DNA of 61,406 nucleotides, filler included. It is 10 parts of 10 records of this genome, joined end to end, with 100 filler letters (N's around TTAATTAATTAA, not from the genome) between each part and the next. Parts side by side here need not be neighbours in the genome. Positions count along the whole stretch, not along the records: positions 31,887 to 39,298 come from SRR15195285_5095; positions 39,399 to 45,692 come from SRR15195285_5104; 8 more parts are not named here. The stretch is one strand, 5' to 3'. A program made the position numbers and the translations under genes. The notes under the pieces are model-generated. The model did no database searches. It worked only from the letters and a program-made list of their open reading frames with translations, and was not told where the DNA came from. Shown piece by piece: positions 33,098-42,870 of this stretch; position 1 is the first letter of the stretch; every line of letters starts with the position of its first letter.

Positions 33098-36000
33098 CTA
33101 CGCGTTTCTATCGCTTGGAGCTGGCAGTGGCACTTGGCCTAGCAGCTGCTGTTTCTTCATCTCAAACTGACTGCGCTTTCCACCGGCTGCTGGTGCCAGC
33201 ATCTGTCCAGCAAACTTGCTCATCTTACTGCCCATCCCCGAGATGGTAGAGTTGGCCACCGACTTAAGCACTGCTTTCTTGATGTCCCAACCCAGGTGCT
33301 CCAACAGCTCCTGCATCGTCCATACCTCACGCTTGTAGTTGATGGTCTTCACTTGAAGTGGAAGACGATCAAATGCAGGCAACATCTTGCCCGTGTACGA
33401 TGCCTCAATGTCGAGCGTGCCGATACGAATCGTACCAAACGCATGGGCTTTCTGGGCACGCTCCATTGCAGCCACTGTCAGATCGGCTGCCTGTGTTGAC
33501 GCTGACGAGTCTTCCACGCTTTGTGCGCCACCGTCCTCATTATCGCGATCCTCTTCTGCTTCACTAGGTTCCAGGGAAAGGCGCCCAGGAGCATCTGCTG
33601 CCGAAATTCGGCCATCTGCCCCTCGCTTGCTGGCCGCGGGCAATTCATCTTCTGCGAATTCGTCTTCAAACCCAAGATCTCGATCTCCGAAGTGGGATTT
33701 GTCGCCGTCACGACCAGTACCAACAGCAGCAGCAGCAGGCTCCGGCTCTGAATTGCCTTGATCAATCACAGCGCTAGTTTCCAAGTCGGTCGCACCGACC
33801 GATGCAGCAGGAGCGGAAGATGATACTGCGCCCCCACCGAAAATGAAGGCCTGCTGCGCCATCCTAGTATCATGCGGCGGGGGGAAAGTGTACAGTTTAA
33901 TCTGGTCAATGAGGTCTTGGTTTATCGAGACCCGCACTGGTTGAAGTTCCACCTCAAGGCGGTCAAAGACCTTGATCCCCGCTTTCCACTGGCCTGCAGC
34001 GATAGCACAGACACAACGGTAGACGGTGAACGCGACCAGATAAGCATCTTCGGTGCAAACGCAAGAGATTTGGACCAAAAACAAGACTGAAGCTGATTGT
34101 AATCGGCGGTGCATACCTTCAGTTTTCCAGTGTACTGTCAGCAGCTTGTCTTCATCGACTACAGAGGTCTGGCCTGGCAGCACAGGGATATGATTGCGAG
34201 CAAATACTTCGTTGCGTAGGTCGTCCATCATGACGAAATCATCGATTGAGATCGTGCTGTGTGTGGAAAGGTCTGCAAAATGCTCCTGTATAACTGCTGC
34301 GCCTCGCATGGCAAAATATGCTGTCGGCTCCCAGGTCTGATCCATCATGTACCAATCCACACTGCTGACGTCTACCCGTAGTTGTAGGTCGAGCGATGCC
34401 AGCGCGTCCGAGCGCCGTGCCCGGGACCTCGGGGTGCCCTCCTGCGCCACTTCCATCATACGCTCTGCAGTCGCTCTCTCTTTCACTTTCAGTGCCGCTC
34501 GTGCCTGCTGTCTATCGTCCGGCAGACCGTGCAACTGATGCCGAATTCCAAGCAGAGACTTGTATAGCTCACTAGCTGTGTCAACCGCCTCCTGGCTGGA
34601 ACCAGTCTGCTGCTCAAAGAAAATCCGCTTTTTCTCTTCGTCTAGCCATGCTTTGCGCGGCGGTCGGATAAGAACAACGTTCTCGAACACGTCTGAGAGG
34701 GTCTCAAAGTGTCTCGCGCTCATCGCAAGGGCGACACTATCGATGTGTACAGTCACCATGTTCGCACGTTGCTTTTCCTGTCGCTTCCAGCGCGTGTACG
34801 CAACGTGAATTGGACATGGCGCCAGAATCCTTTGCGCTCTACCCAGGACAACACGTGAGCTGGTGATGGGTGCCTGCGATGCCCTGGGGTCACAATCTTT
34901 CCACGGAATGCGCTCGTCCGCCTTCATACTTCCTGCAGGGGCGGCGAACATCTGCGCCTGATCAAGCGCAACCTGAAGCACCTTCTTGACTTCCGTCAGA
35001 CTTGCATCACTGTCTTCCCCGACGTTGCCAACAGCTACTCTCCCCACATCATCGATCACCCTGGTCAGTTCTGACCCAGTGTGGGTGCTGTTTTCAATTG
35101 TTGCACCCAGAGCAGTCAAGAATACTGTACCAAATGATTCCGACTCCAAGCGGATCTGCGGACGCACGAAACGTATGGAAAAGACAGTCGCATGTGGATG
35201 TTCGTGACTTTCTGCTGGCGAAGCTGCTGGATGTGGGGGTTTGACTTTTGGTCCCGTGCGACTCAAGAATGACAGCAGATCTTCATCGGACTGCATGGTT
35301 TCACTCGCGCATGCGGCAGCTGCGTAGGATGCTTGCATCTTCTCATGTGCTCGAGTGCCTGGAGTTTTCGCAACTGCGGTCTCGACAACAGAGTCAAAAG
35401 AAAGAATCCAGTCGTAGAGAGCATTCCTGCTTTCGAGCGAGCACCACATCAACATGTCCGAAACGGTCACTGCAAGTCCGTCACTTCGCAGATGGCTACC
35501 TGCTCGATTGAGCTCTTGATCCTCTTGTGGCGGAACTGACGAAGGGTCACCAAACAGATTCTCGAGGAGCACCTCACTATCTGGCGTCACTGGAGGTAAT
35601 TGTACGCCATCATCCTTCTTTTCCATATCGGGTCTGAGTACCGGCACACTCTTTAAGTTGTGGCAGATGGTTACACTCCCACATGAACCTAGCCGAAGCA
35701 TCCCTGGCCCTGTCGCTGCCTCCTCTTGATCGACTAGGAATCTTGCAACCACATTGCTTGCAACAATGTGAACTCCCGTGATTTTGGCTGGAGGCGTACT
35801 TTCCGAATCTGCCAAGATACTTTGCAGCCGCAAGCCTGCGGCTGCTAAAGCCGCTTCTACGCAGACCTCTTCTCTATTCCAGAATCTCAAGGTTGCCTGT
35901 CCCAAATTCAACTGCAAGTCAAGTGTCTTCAGCATCTCTCCAAGTGGTTGCACCTTCTTTTTCCTTGGCATTCCGATTTTGGACCTGGTCATTTTCATGA

Positions 36001-38686
36001 CAGCTGCACGACTTTTCGGCGGGGCGATCAGTTGATTATACAACCTGCCCAGCCATACAAGTGACGAATGCCATAGGCTAACAGACGCCGATGAGCCTTG
36101 CGCTCCAGATATTCCAATCTGTAGTTCTAGCGTCCAGCTTGAAGCCCGAAATTTATCCATCGGCAATACGCGCAATGTGTCTGGGAGCAGAACCGCTCCC
36201 GACCACTCAGATGGCCCTGGCTCAGCTGAGGTGTCGGCATACACCATCTTGTTGGGGAACGCCTCATGAACGGTTTTGGCAAAATCCAGCGTGTAGTGCG
36301 ATGTCTGAAAAGAGCTCCAGCGCATGTTCGCAGCCACACTTAGAACCGGAAAATACAGTGTGTCAGCGAGGTCAGCAGAAGGCGTCACTAGTCTCATGTT
36401 CATGTCACGTCCTACCATACTCCACGTGCTTCCGTCCAAATCTAACTCCAGCTGAGTGATATCAACCACCATATTGTTGTTGAACGCGTGTGGGTCGTGA
36501 TCTGCCAGCAACCGCAGCCGAACGCTGTTGAGACTACCGGTAAATCTACCGTGCACCTTGTATCTTAGTTTGTCCCACCACGGCAGCGGCTTTGCAGGAT
36601 CTAGAGAGTCTGAAGAGAGACGCGCTGCAGCATTCGACGCATCTGCAAGTGCTGGTAGTATGGCGACTCCGTAATTGAGCTCAATATCACGAGCGTCACA
36701 CCTCAAGGAGTGATAGACCTTCATGGGTGCGAGGCTCTTCGTCACTGTTGTGGACGTGTTGCCCACAGCGCAGCTTTTGCGGAGGCAAAAAAGATCAGAC
36801 GTGCTCTGCTCGGCGATTATGAGGGGCCCAGAGAAACTCAAGGCACCCGCTTTGAGCACCGGAAAGCTGAAGTCGCGGAGCTGAACCCTGGTGTCTCGCA
36901 GGTCTAGTGACACCATCCTTCCTATTAGCTCAGTGAATCCAAACGGAGTCTTAGATTCTGCTGGCAGCTGTCCGCCATACTCTTCTACACGCGCTAGCAC
37001 TCCGTCGAGGCTGCATGCCCAATCGTCTTGAACTAGCTTCAGCTCGACTGCTCCAACCTTGACATCGAGCACCGGTGTATCAGATCCGGAGACGGAGCCG
37101 CTCAGTAGGCGTTCACGGTATCTTTTTGCTCCTTTCTCGCGGATAAGATGGTTCGCACGCTGGACCTGCTCACTGTCTGGGTCAGTCTTGCCAACGCCGA
37201 ATTCCTCGTTGCACTTTTGATCAAACGCTTGCCAGTCAACGACCACTTCGCCATGCTCATCCCTCAGGTGTGGATATCTTGAATTCAGCCAGCTGTCCAT
37301 CGGGTCATCTGCAAAGCATAGCCGGAAACTGTCGCACACGAAGACAAACGTTGGTGCCGGGTGGTTCGTGGCTCCAGCTGGTGCTGCAGCCCCTGACGAA
37401 ATCCCTGACGAAACCGCGCGCTTGATAGCTTTCAAGTCAGTCAACATGTCTGCCAAACTGTTGCCAAAATGAAGCTCATGTGGAAGATCAGTGCGCAAAG
37501 ACGTCGCCCGCAGAGTTTGTGTGTTTGCGGCGGTCGATCGCTCGTACGTAACGCAGTCGGGTGCATGGATCAGTGTATGGCCGCTCATTAAGACTGACAC
37601 TTGTCTCGTCTCTACTGTGTCGGGACGCCCAACCAAGCTGACCAAGTTGACCACGAGAGTATGTCCACCAAGGTCTGCAGATAAAGATACTTTGCCAAGA
37701 CGTAATTCCATCTGCACCTGCTGTTCCCGTGCTGGTTCTCGGCTTGGGATCGTGCTCTGCCTGCGAGATTTGGCAGTCGCTGCAAACTGGAATACGGACG
37801 CAAGTAAGGCGGAATTGACGTGCAGCTCCATTGCGTCCTCCATCTCAACCTTGCATGACGTCGCACGCATACCATGTCCGCCGGCGAGCCGCGCGCGCAC
37901 TTGACAGGCGCCAACTTTCAGGGCCCGGTGCATCAGTGCATCGAAAGATGGCTGGCGTTCTCGGCTGTCCTGCTGGTATGCAAACATCGAGATCGGGTGC
38001 GCCGTGCATGCACAGACATCCACCGCATCGCGCTCGCCCTCGACCGCCTCTGTGTACAGCTCTATCCCAGGCAGGACAAGAGACAGTTGCTGCAGCTTCG
38101 ACTCAGGCGTCTGGCACCCGGAAATCACGACAGCCACTTCGTCAGAATCGACCCGGACCAGCTTCAGAAGCGCAGCTTTCAAGCGCGATCCGCGTCGGGC
38201 TGCAGTGGGTGGTAAGTCCTCGGGCGCCTCGCCAGGGGCTGCTGCGGACGGCGCAGCTGTCCCAGTGGTCGCTTGCCAGCCCGGGCGCAGGTGGAGCGTA
38301 GCCTGCACGCGGCCAACCGCGAAACGCACCGCACCGTGCGCGTCACTAGAGAGCAGGGACCGCCCGATCGGCACGCTGAGCTCAACCGAGCTTACGTCTA
38401 TCTGCACCTGCGCGTGCGGGCCGGCAGGGAGCCGAACACGCAGATCCGTCAACGAGAACTGCCCCAGCAGGCTTAACGGGCAGCCACCGATGCTCACCGC
38501 CGCCGACCGCCCAAGCAGCCGGCCCGCGAGCACCGACAGCACGCGCGCCAGCACACAGCGCGAGGCGACGACGACCGCTACCCACGCTCCGAGCGTGTAT
38601 ACCAGGCAGCCCACAGGTCCTGTCCACGGCGCAACCAGGACCATCGTGCAGAGCAGGAACAACGGGCAGCCTGCGTCCACCCGCAT
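33098..38686 (-). CDS. BLTP2: Bridge-like lipid transfer protein BLTP2/KIAA0100/Fmp27/Hobbit homolog (probable in-frame intron 34116-33994)
   Basis: N-terminal TM anchor; PMKVYH; DPAKPLPWWDKLRYKVHGR (Fmp27 GFWDK-type motif); IRFVRPQIRLES; C-terminal Apt1-like YKREVWTMQELLEHLGWDIKKAVL. The 123-nt GTATGC..TGCAG segment is read through by the ORF finder. Confidence 0.88.
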   Translation of the reverse strand: MRVDAGCPLFLLCTMVLVAPWTGPVGCLVYTLGAWVAVVVASRCVLARVLSVLAGRLLGRSAAVSIGGCPLSLLGQFSLTDLRVRLPAGPHAQVQIDVSSVELSVPIGRSLLSSDAHGAVRFAVGRVQATLHLRPGWQATTGTAAPSAAAPGEAPEDLPPTAARRGSRLKAALLKLVRVDSDEVAVVISGCQTPESKLQQLSLVLPGIELYTEAVEGERDAVDVCACTAHPISMFAYQQDSRERQPSFDALMHRALKVGACQVRARLAGGHGMRATSCKVEMEDAMELHVNSALLASVFQFAATAKSRRQSTIPSREPAREQQVQMELRLGKVSLSADLGGHTLVVNLVSLVGRPDTVETRQVSVLMSGHTLIHAPDCVTYERSTAANTQTLRATSLRTDLPHELHFGNSLADMLTDLKAIKRAVSSGISSGAAAPAGATNHPAPTFVFVCDSFRLCFADDPMDSWLNSRYPHLRDEHGEVVVDWQAFDQKCNEEFGVGKTDPDSEQVQRANHLIREKGAKRYRERLLSGSVSGSDTPVLDVKVGAVELKLVQDDWACSLDGVLARVEEYGGQLPAESKTPFGFTELIGRMVSLDLRDTRVQLRDFSFPVLKAGALSFSGPLIIAEQSTSDLFCLRKSCAVGNTSTTVTKSLAPMKVYHSLRCDARDIELNYGVAILPALADASNAAARLSSDSLDPAKPLPWWDKLRYKVHGRFTGSLNSVRLRLLADHDPHAFNNNMVVDITQLELDLDGSTWSMVGRDMNMRLVTPSADLADTLYFPVLSVAANMRWSSFQTSHYTLDFAKTVHEAFPNKMVYADTSAEPGPSEWSGAVLLPDTLRVLPMDKFRASSWTLELQIGISGAQGSSASVSLWHSSLVWLGRLYNQLIAPPKSRAAVMKMTRSKIGMPRKKKVQPLGEMLKTLDLQLNLGQATLRFWNREEVCVEAALAAAGLRLQSILADSESTPPAKITGVHIVASNVVARFLVDQEEAATGPGMLRLGSCGSVTICHNLKSVPVLRPDMEKKDDGVQLPPVTPDSEVLLENLFGDPSSVPPQEDQELNRAGSHLRSDGLAVTVSDMLMWCSLESRNALYDWILSFDSVVETAVAKTPGTRAHEKMQASYAAAACASETMQSDEDLLSFLSRTGPKVKPPHPAASPAESHEHPHATVFSIRFVRPQIRLESESFGTVFLTALGATIENSTHTGSELTRVIDDVGRVAVGNVGEDSDASLTEVKKVLQVALDQAQMFAAPAGSMKADERIPWKDCDPRASQAPITSSRVVLGRAQRILAPCPIHVAYTRWKRQEKQRANMVTVHIDSVALAMSARHFETLSDVFENVVLIRPPRKAWLDEEKKRIFFEQQTGSSQEAVDTASELYKSLLGIRHQLHGLPDDRQQARAALKVKERATAERMMEVAQEGTPRSRARRSDALASLDLQLRVDVSSVDWYMMDQTWEPTAYFAMRGAAVIQEHFADLSTHSTISIDDFVMMDDLRNEVFARNHIPVLPGQTSVVDEDKLLTVHWKTEGMHRRLQSASVLFLVQISCVCTEDAYLVAFTVYRCVCAIAAGQWKAGIKVFDRLEVELQPVRVSINQDLIDQIKLYTFPPPHDTRMAQQAFIFGGGAVSSSAPAASVGATDLETSAVIDQGNSEPEPAAAAVGTGRDGDKSHFGDRDLGFEDEFAEDELPAASKRGADGRISAADAPGRLSLEPSEAEEDRDNEDGGAQSVEDSSASTQAADLTVAAMERAQKAHAFGTIRIGTLDIEASYTGKMLPAFDRLPLQVKTINYKREVWTMQELLEHLGWDIKKAVLKSVANSTISGMGSKMSKFAGQMLAPAAGGKRSQFEMKKQQLLGQVPLPAPSDRNA

Positions 38687-38753
38687 CTCGCCTCGGTCTC
38701 CCACGCGACGCGCTCTCCCTACCTCCAGCTACAGTCGCCTCAGCGGCGCGCGC

Positions 38754-39074
38754 TCAGGAGTCGGTCAACGAGCCCTCGTGCTTCTCCAAGTGTTCCTCCG
38801 CGCCGAGGCGCCGCAAGGCCAGCTTGACGTCCTTCGGCCCCACGCTGCGCGACCCACGATGGCGCGCGAACGCCTCGACGTCGACGCCGTGGACACCGCA
38901 GGTCCAGTTCACGAGGCACTGGCCAATCGCCTGCACGGCCTCCCTGCTGATCGTGTTGCCGCCCCCGGCCGCCTCGTGCGTCGCGATGAGCCCCACGGTG
39001 TAGTGAACGCGCTCCGCCACGTCCTGCCCCAGGCCCTCGTCCGCACCCGCCGAGGGGCACACAGCTCCGTCCAT
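38754..39074 (-). CDS. CENPS: Centromere protein S / MHF1 histone-fold protein
   Basis: VHYTVGLI..ISREAVQAI..DVEAFARHRGSRSVGPKDVKLALRR matches the CENP-S pattern (VHYTVG..DLEMFARHAKRTTINTEDVKLLARR); 106 aa. Confidence 0.85.
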   Translation of the reverse strand: MDGAVCPSAGADEGLGQDVAERVHYTVGLIATHEAAGGGNTISREAVQAIGQCLVNWTCGVHGVDVEAFARHRGSRSVGPKDVKLALRRLGAEEHLEKHEGSLTDS

Positions 39075-39149
39075 CAGCCGTCCATCAGCAGCGCCTCTCC
39101 ATGCTCGCGAGCTTGTCCACCATGCTGTCCACCACCATGGTCATTCTTA

Positions 39150-39298
39150 TCACAGGATGCCAGAGATCTGGTCACAGGCTGGGTCAGTCCTCAGTCAATA
39201 GTGTGGGGGTGAAAATGGGCTGACCACTCCCCCCAGTCAATAGTATGAGGGCGAAATTGGGGCGACCATCACAGGCTGGCTCAGGGTTCAATCCACAG
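39150..39298. repeat. Internally repetitive element related to 6317-6386
   Basis: Two tandem CAGTCAATAGT(G/A)TG..GAAA.TGGG..GACCA units flanked by repeated TCACAGG(C/A)TG. Confidence 0.6.
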
Positions 39299-39398
39299 NN
39301 NNNNNNNNNNNNNNNNNNNNNNNNNNNNNNNNNNNNNNNNNNTTAATTAATTAANNNNNNNNNNNNNNNNNNNNNNNNNNNNNNNNNNNNNNNNNNNN
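39299..39398. other. Artificial contig spacer
   Basis: N-run/TTAATTAATTAA/N-run. Confidence 0.99.
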
Positions 39399-39845
39399 GT
39401 GAGGTGATAAGTTGGTAGATGTCGTCTCGTACGTGCGTAACTCCAACTGCATTTTGCATTCAAGCACACAAACAAACTAGAAAATCTAACTAGCATATAT
39501 GCGTACCGGTGTAGATCTATTGATAAATGTATTCATAGTGTCCGCGGCCGGAAGTATGCAGTCGCGACGCCGAGTACGCGGCGCGATACGTCATACGCGA
39601 TACGTATACGACAGCGCGATACGTACGCGTCATACGTAGAGGAGCCAGTGGACGTCGTGGTGCACACGCCGCTCCTAGTCCCCCTCTGCGTCGATCGTTT
39701 CGGGTTTCGCATGAAGTCGGGAGCGTCGGTCATATAGAATCGGCTGATATATACGGTACAATAGCCTTCCATGGCGAGCGGGTCAATCATGTGCTGCTGA
39801 CGCGCCGGCGGCCCGGCCCCGCCGCGCCGGTGCTGGCTGGCGAAG

Positions 39846-42371
39846 ATGAGAGGCAGAGCGAAGCAGGCTGCTGGCAGGCACAAGCGGAAGCTGGGCAGGA
39901 AATGGCGCAAGCAGCGCGCTCGGCTGAAGCTGCGCCATTCGAATGCTTTCTATCTGTTCCTTGGACTGATTATGTGCGTTGGACCGCCGCTGTTGATCGG
40001 CGGGGCAGGCTGTCTCGGGCAGGCGGCGTGGCTCCAGGCGACAGTTGGGCACGACAGGACTGTGTACGCTCGCTCGGTCGACCAATGGGGCCAGTTGGAG
40101 CGCGAACGCTTCAGATATGCCGCGCCTGCTGCGATCCTGAACACGTCGTTGCCAGACGCTGCTGTTGGGCTTCTTGAGCTGTCGGAACTCACTATGGAGC
40201 CAGTGGCAAGCCGGCTCGACGGCGGCGAGCCGTATCTGCCGTTGAGATACGCTCTGAGCCCCACACTGCGGTACAACGACGTGCGGTACCACTCCCACCG
40301 ATCCATGGTATCGGTTGGGCTGGAGCTGCACGCGTCTGGTGGAAATAGCCGCGACGTCGATGGGCATGTAGTGCGCGCCGCTCGGGTGCGGGTGGGGGCT
40401 GTGTCACCCGTGCCGCTGATCCGAGAGCGCCACGAGCATAGTACGAGCTTGCGCTGCACTGCTGAGAAGGGCATATACGACTTTCGGCATAACCTCTGTA
40501 CGAAATTCGAGGTGCTGCGCAAGCTTTGTGTGGCGTTGCGCCCACGTCCTACACATGTGCAGTCCATCGGGACGACCGAGGCGCCCTGGTCTCTGGCAGA
40601 AAACGCCGGCTCTGCAGGATGTGAGCCGCCAGCTGGAGACCGTCCGCCCGCGTCGTCGTCGGCGCCCATACACGTTTTGAACGAGGCTGATGCTGATGAT
40701 GAGGACGACGAGAATGGCGACGGCACCACTACTGTTGGTGGAAATGGCTGGGGGCTCGGTGTGTTTGGGATGGGGCCCACCGCCGGTGCGCCCCCTCCGC
40801 CTCCACTCGCAGGTACACTGTATGAGCAAGTCTACCTTGGAGAGTTTCTCGAGCAGACCTTTAGCGGCGAGGTCGCGATCGTGGTAATCTCAACGGCAGA
40901 GCCCGGATTCGTGGCAACCACGCTTGCGAGCCTAGCTGAGCGTGGGGCTGGTGCTTTAATGCCGACGTCGTCGCTGCCGGTGCGACTAAGCTTTCCGCTG
41001 ATGATGATGGGAGCGGCAATGTCAATGCCTTGGTGCGTGTGTATCAGCCGCTCGCGCGAGGCGACACAGCAGGAGCATGAGGACTCCGGGGTCGGCAGAG
41101 AGCACGGATTCCACGGCTCTGGTTCGGATGGAGATCTGAATGAAATGGACGATCTGTTTGCAGATTTGGAAGGTGGTGAGCGGACAGGTGAAAGAGTGCC
41201 CCTGTTAGGGCTGGGCCTTGGCGGACAGGCGTCAAGGCACCGGCGCTGGCAGCCTCCGATGATACAGCAACCAGCTGATAGATCGACACCATCGTCTGCA
41301 GCGGCAGTAGCGATGGATCCTGTCGTGCACCAAGGTGCTAGTGTCAGCAGCACAAGAAGGGAGCACGCCAGGACAATGCAACATCCAACATTATCAACAA
41401 GCATCGATGTCGGCGGCAGCAGCTCCAATAGTAGCCTTGCTGGTCGGCTGGAGTCGACAGCGTTTTCATCAGTTGACGTTGGTGGCGCAGACTTCATCCA
41501 CTTTGCGTCGGAACTAGGCGTGAACCTCGCAACTGAACCGTTTGCACATGAGTCTATCGTCTCGGCGTTAAGAGCGCCACTTCCTGCGCCGTGGTCGTCG
41601 CACCCTGCGCCAGCGGATGCTCCGCCAGGGGAATGTGGCAGCGTGTATTACTACAACGCAGACTCACAGGAGTCGACATATTTGCACCCGTTGTTGCAGC
41701 AGACACGATTTGTGGTCACGCGGCAGCGTCAAGAGCATGAACGCAGGCTAGCGGGCTCTGCTGCTGCAGGCAAGCCGTGGCCAGCTCAATCCAGTGCAAC
41801 AGTAGCACAACAGGCTCGTGATGGTACAGGACGCAGCAAGCAGAACGTCGGCGACGAACTGGGGCAAATTACACCCGAAAAGGACAATGCAGCTAGCGGT
41901 GGGTCCGTAGCCTGGGAGGCAAGACGTCTACAGCTCGAAATTGCAGCGGAGTCACCTGAGCTGGGATACGCAGACCCGTGGGCTGACCCGAGTGGCGACG
42001 AGAAGGATGCTACCCCGCGAGCGCCAGTAGGCAATGACGCAACAGCCGGGTATATAGACTCGTGGGCAGCTCAACAGCAGCAGGGTCAGACGCACAGTCC
42101 GGAAGAATACTTGTCGTCAGAAGTAGGAGCAACAGCAGCGATCGACACTAGCGATGACACGATGCTCATGCCGCCTGGATCGCACAACTTTGAGGCGCGT
42201 TTGGCGTTTCTTGCTGAGCCGGAGATGTCGTATGCTGCCATCCCCCCCAGTGCACCGATGACTGCGCCAACCACCGATTTGCACACAGACCCAGAAATGG
42301 GGGAAGGCATACTTGCGCCACCCATGGCACGAGAGCTTGAGGCACGGCTCGCTTCCCTGCACAGCGCATAG
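39846..42371 (+). CDS. Membrane protein (2 predicted TM segments) with a cytosolic WW domain
   Basis: Hydrophobic segments FYLFLGLIMCVGPPLLIGGAGC and LSFPLMMMGAAMSMPWCVCI. WW-like ALRAPLPAPWS..VYYYNADSQESTYLHP is preceded by a CEP164-like FASELGVN. Confidence 0.7.
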   Translation: MRGRAKQAAGRHKRKLGRKWRKQRARLKLRHSNAFYLFLGLIMCVGPPLLIGGAGCLGQAAWLQATVGHDRTVYARSVDQWGQLERERFRYAAPAAILNTSLPDAAVGLLELSELTMEPVASRLDGGEPYLPLRYALSPTLRYNDVRYHSHRSMVSVGLELHASGGNSRDVDGHVVRAARVRVGAVSPVPLIRERHEHSTSLRCTAEKGIYDFRHNLCTKFEVLRKLCVALRPRPTHVQSIGTTEAPWSLAENAGSAGCEPPAGDRPPASSSAPIHVLNEADADDEDDENGDGTTTVGGNGWGLGVFGMGPTAGAPPPPPLAGTLYEQVYLGEFLEQTFSGEVAIVVISTAEPGFVATTLASLAERGAGALMPTSSLPVRLSFPLMMMGAAMSMPWCVCISRSREATQQEHEDSGVGREHGFHGSGSDGDLNEMDDLFADLEGGERTGERVPLLGLGLGGQASRHRRWQPPMIQQPADRSTPSSAAAVAMDPVVHQGASVSSTRREHARTMQHPTLSTSIDVGGSSSNSSLAGRLESTAFSSVDVGGADFIHFASELGVNLATEPFAHESIVSALRAPLPAPWSSHPAPADAPPGECGSVYYYNADSQESTYLHPLLQQTRFVVTRQRQEHERRLAGSAAAGKPWPAQSSATVAQQARDGTGRSKQNVGDELGQITPEKDNAASGGSVAWEARRLQLEIAAESPELGYADPWADPSGDEKDATPRAPVGNDATAGYIDSWAAQQQQGQTHSPEEYLSSEVGATAAIDTSDDTMLMPPGSHNFEARLAFLAEPEMSYAAIPPSAPMTAPTTDLHTDPEMGEGILAPPMARELEARLASLHSA

Positions 42372-42870
42372 GCACTGTATGTTGTTGGCGATTCGGGTCA
42401 ACCGAAATCGAGCGAATAGACACGGATTGATAGTGTAGCAATGGATGATTGTGTCTCTGGCGTGTTTATACACAGTCTTGCAAATGTACCGGTATCATGA
42501 GGCTAATGAATCTGCAGTCATGAGACTAATGGCGTAAAGCAGAGAGTGAGGGCTGTCTGCTAGAGTGACGGTTTGAAGAAGACCGTGATGCAGTACTTGC
42601 ACAGGTAATCTTGCTACATATACGATAATCGACGGTGTGCATCCGTGACCAGCATTTGCGAGCCCGTGCAGACCACCGAGTTGTTTGACGAATAGGTCCA
42701 AGTTATGGTGCCCCATCAAGATGGCTGTGTTGTTGGTGCTTGTCTTACGAGACGCAGTGCGAGCTACTTCGCGCTAGTTTCACATATGCACAGAAATCGA
42801 ACAGCTCAGTGACTATAACGTCGGAAGCCTCGCTGCCGCGAGCAGCTATCGGGCAGTCATCAGGCAGTCA

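Noticed and set aside
38004-39212. 402-aa plus-strand ORF and many other long antisense ORFs
   Set aside because: These are shadows of GC-rich coding sequence on the opposite strand (BLTP2, CENP-S), with no recognisable motifs.
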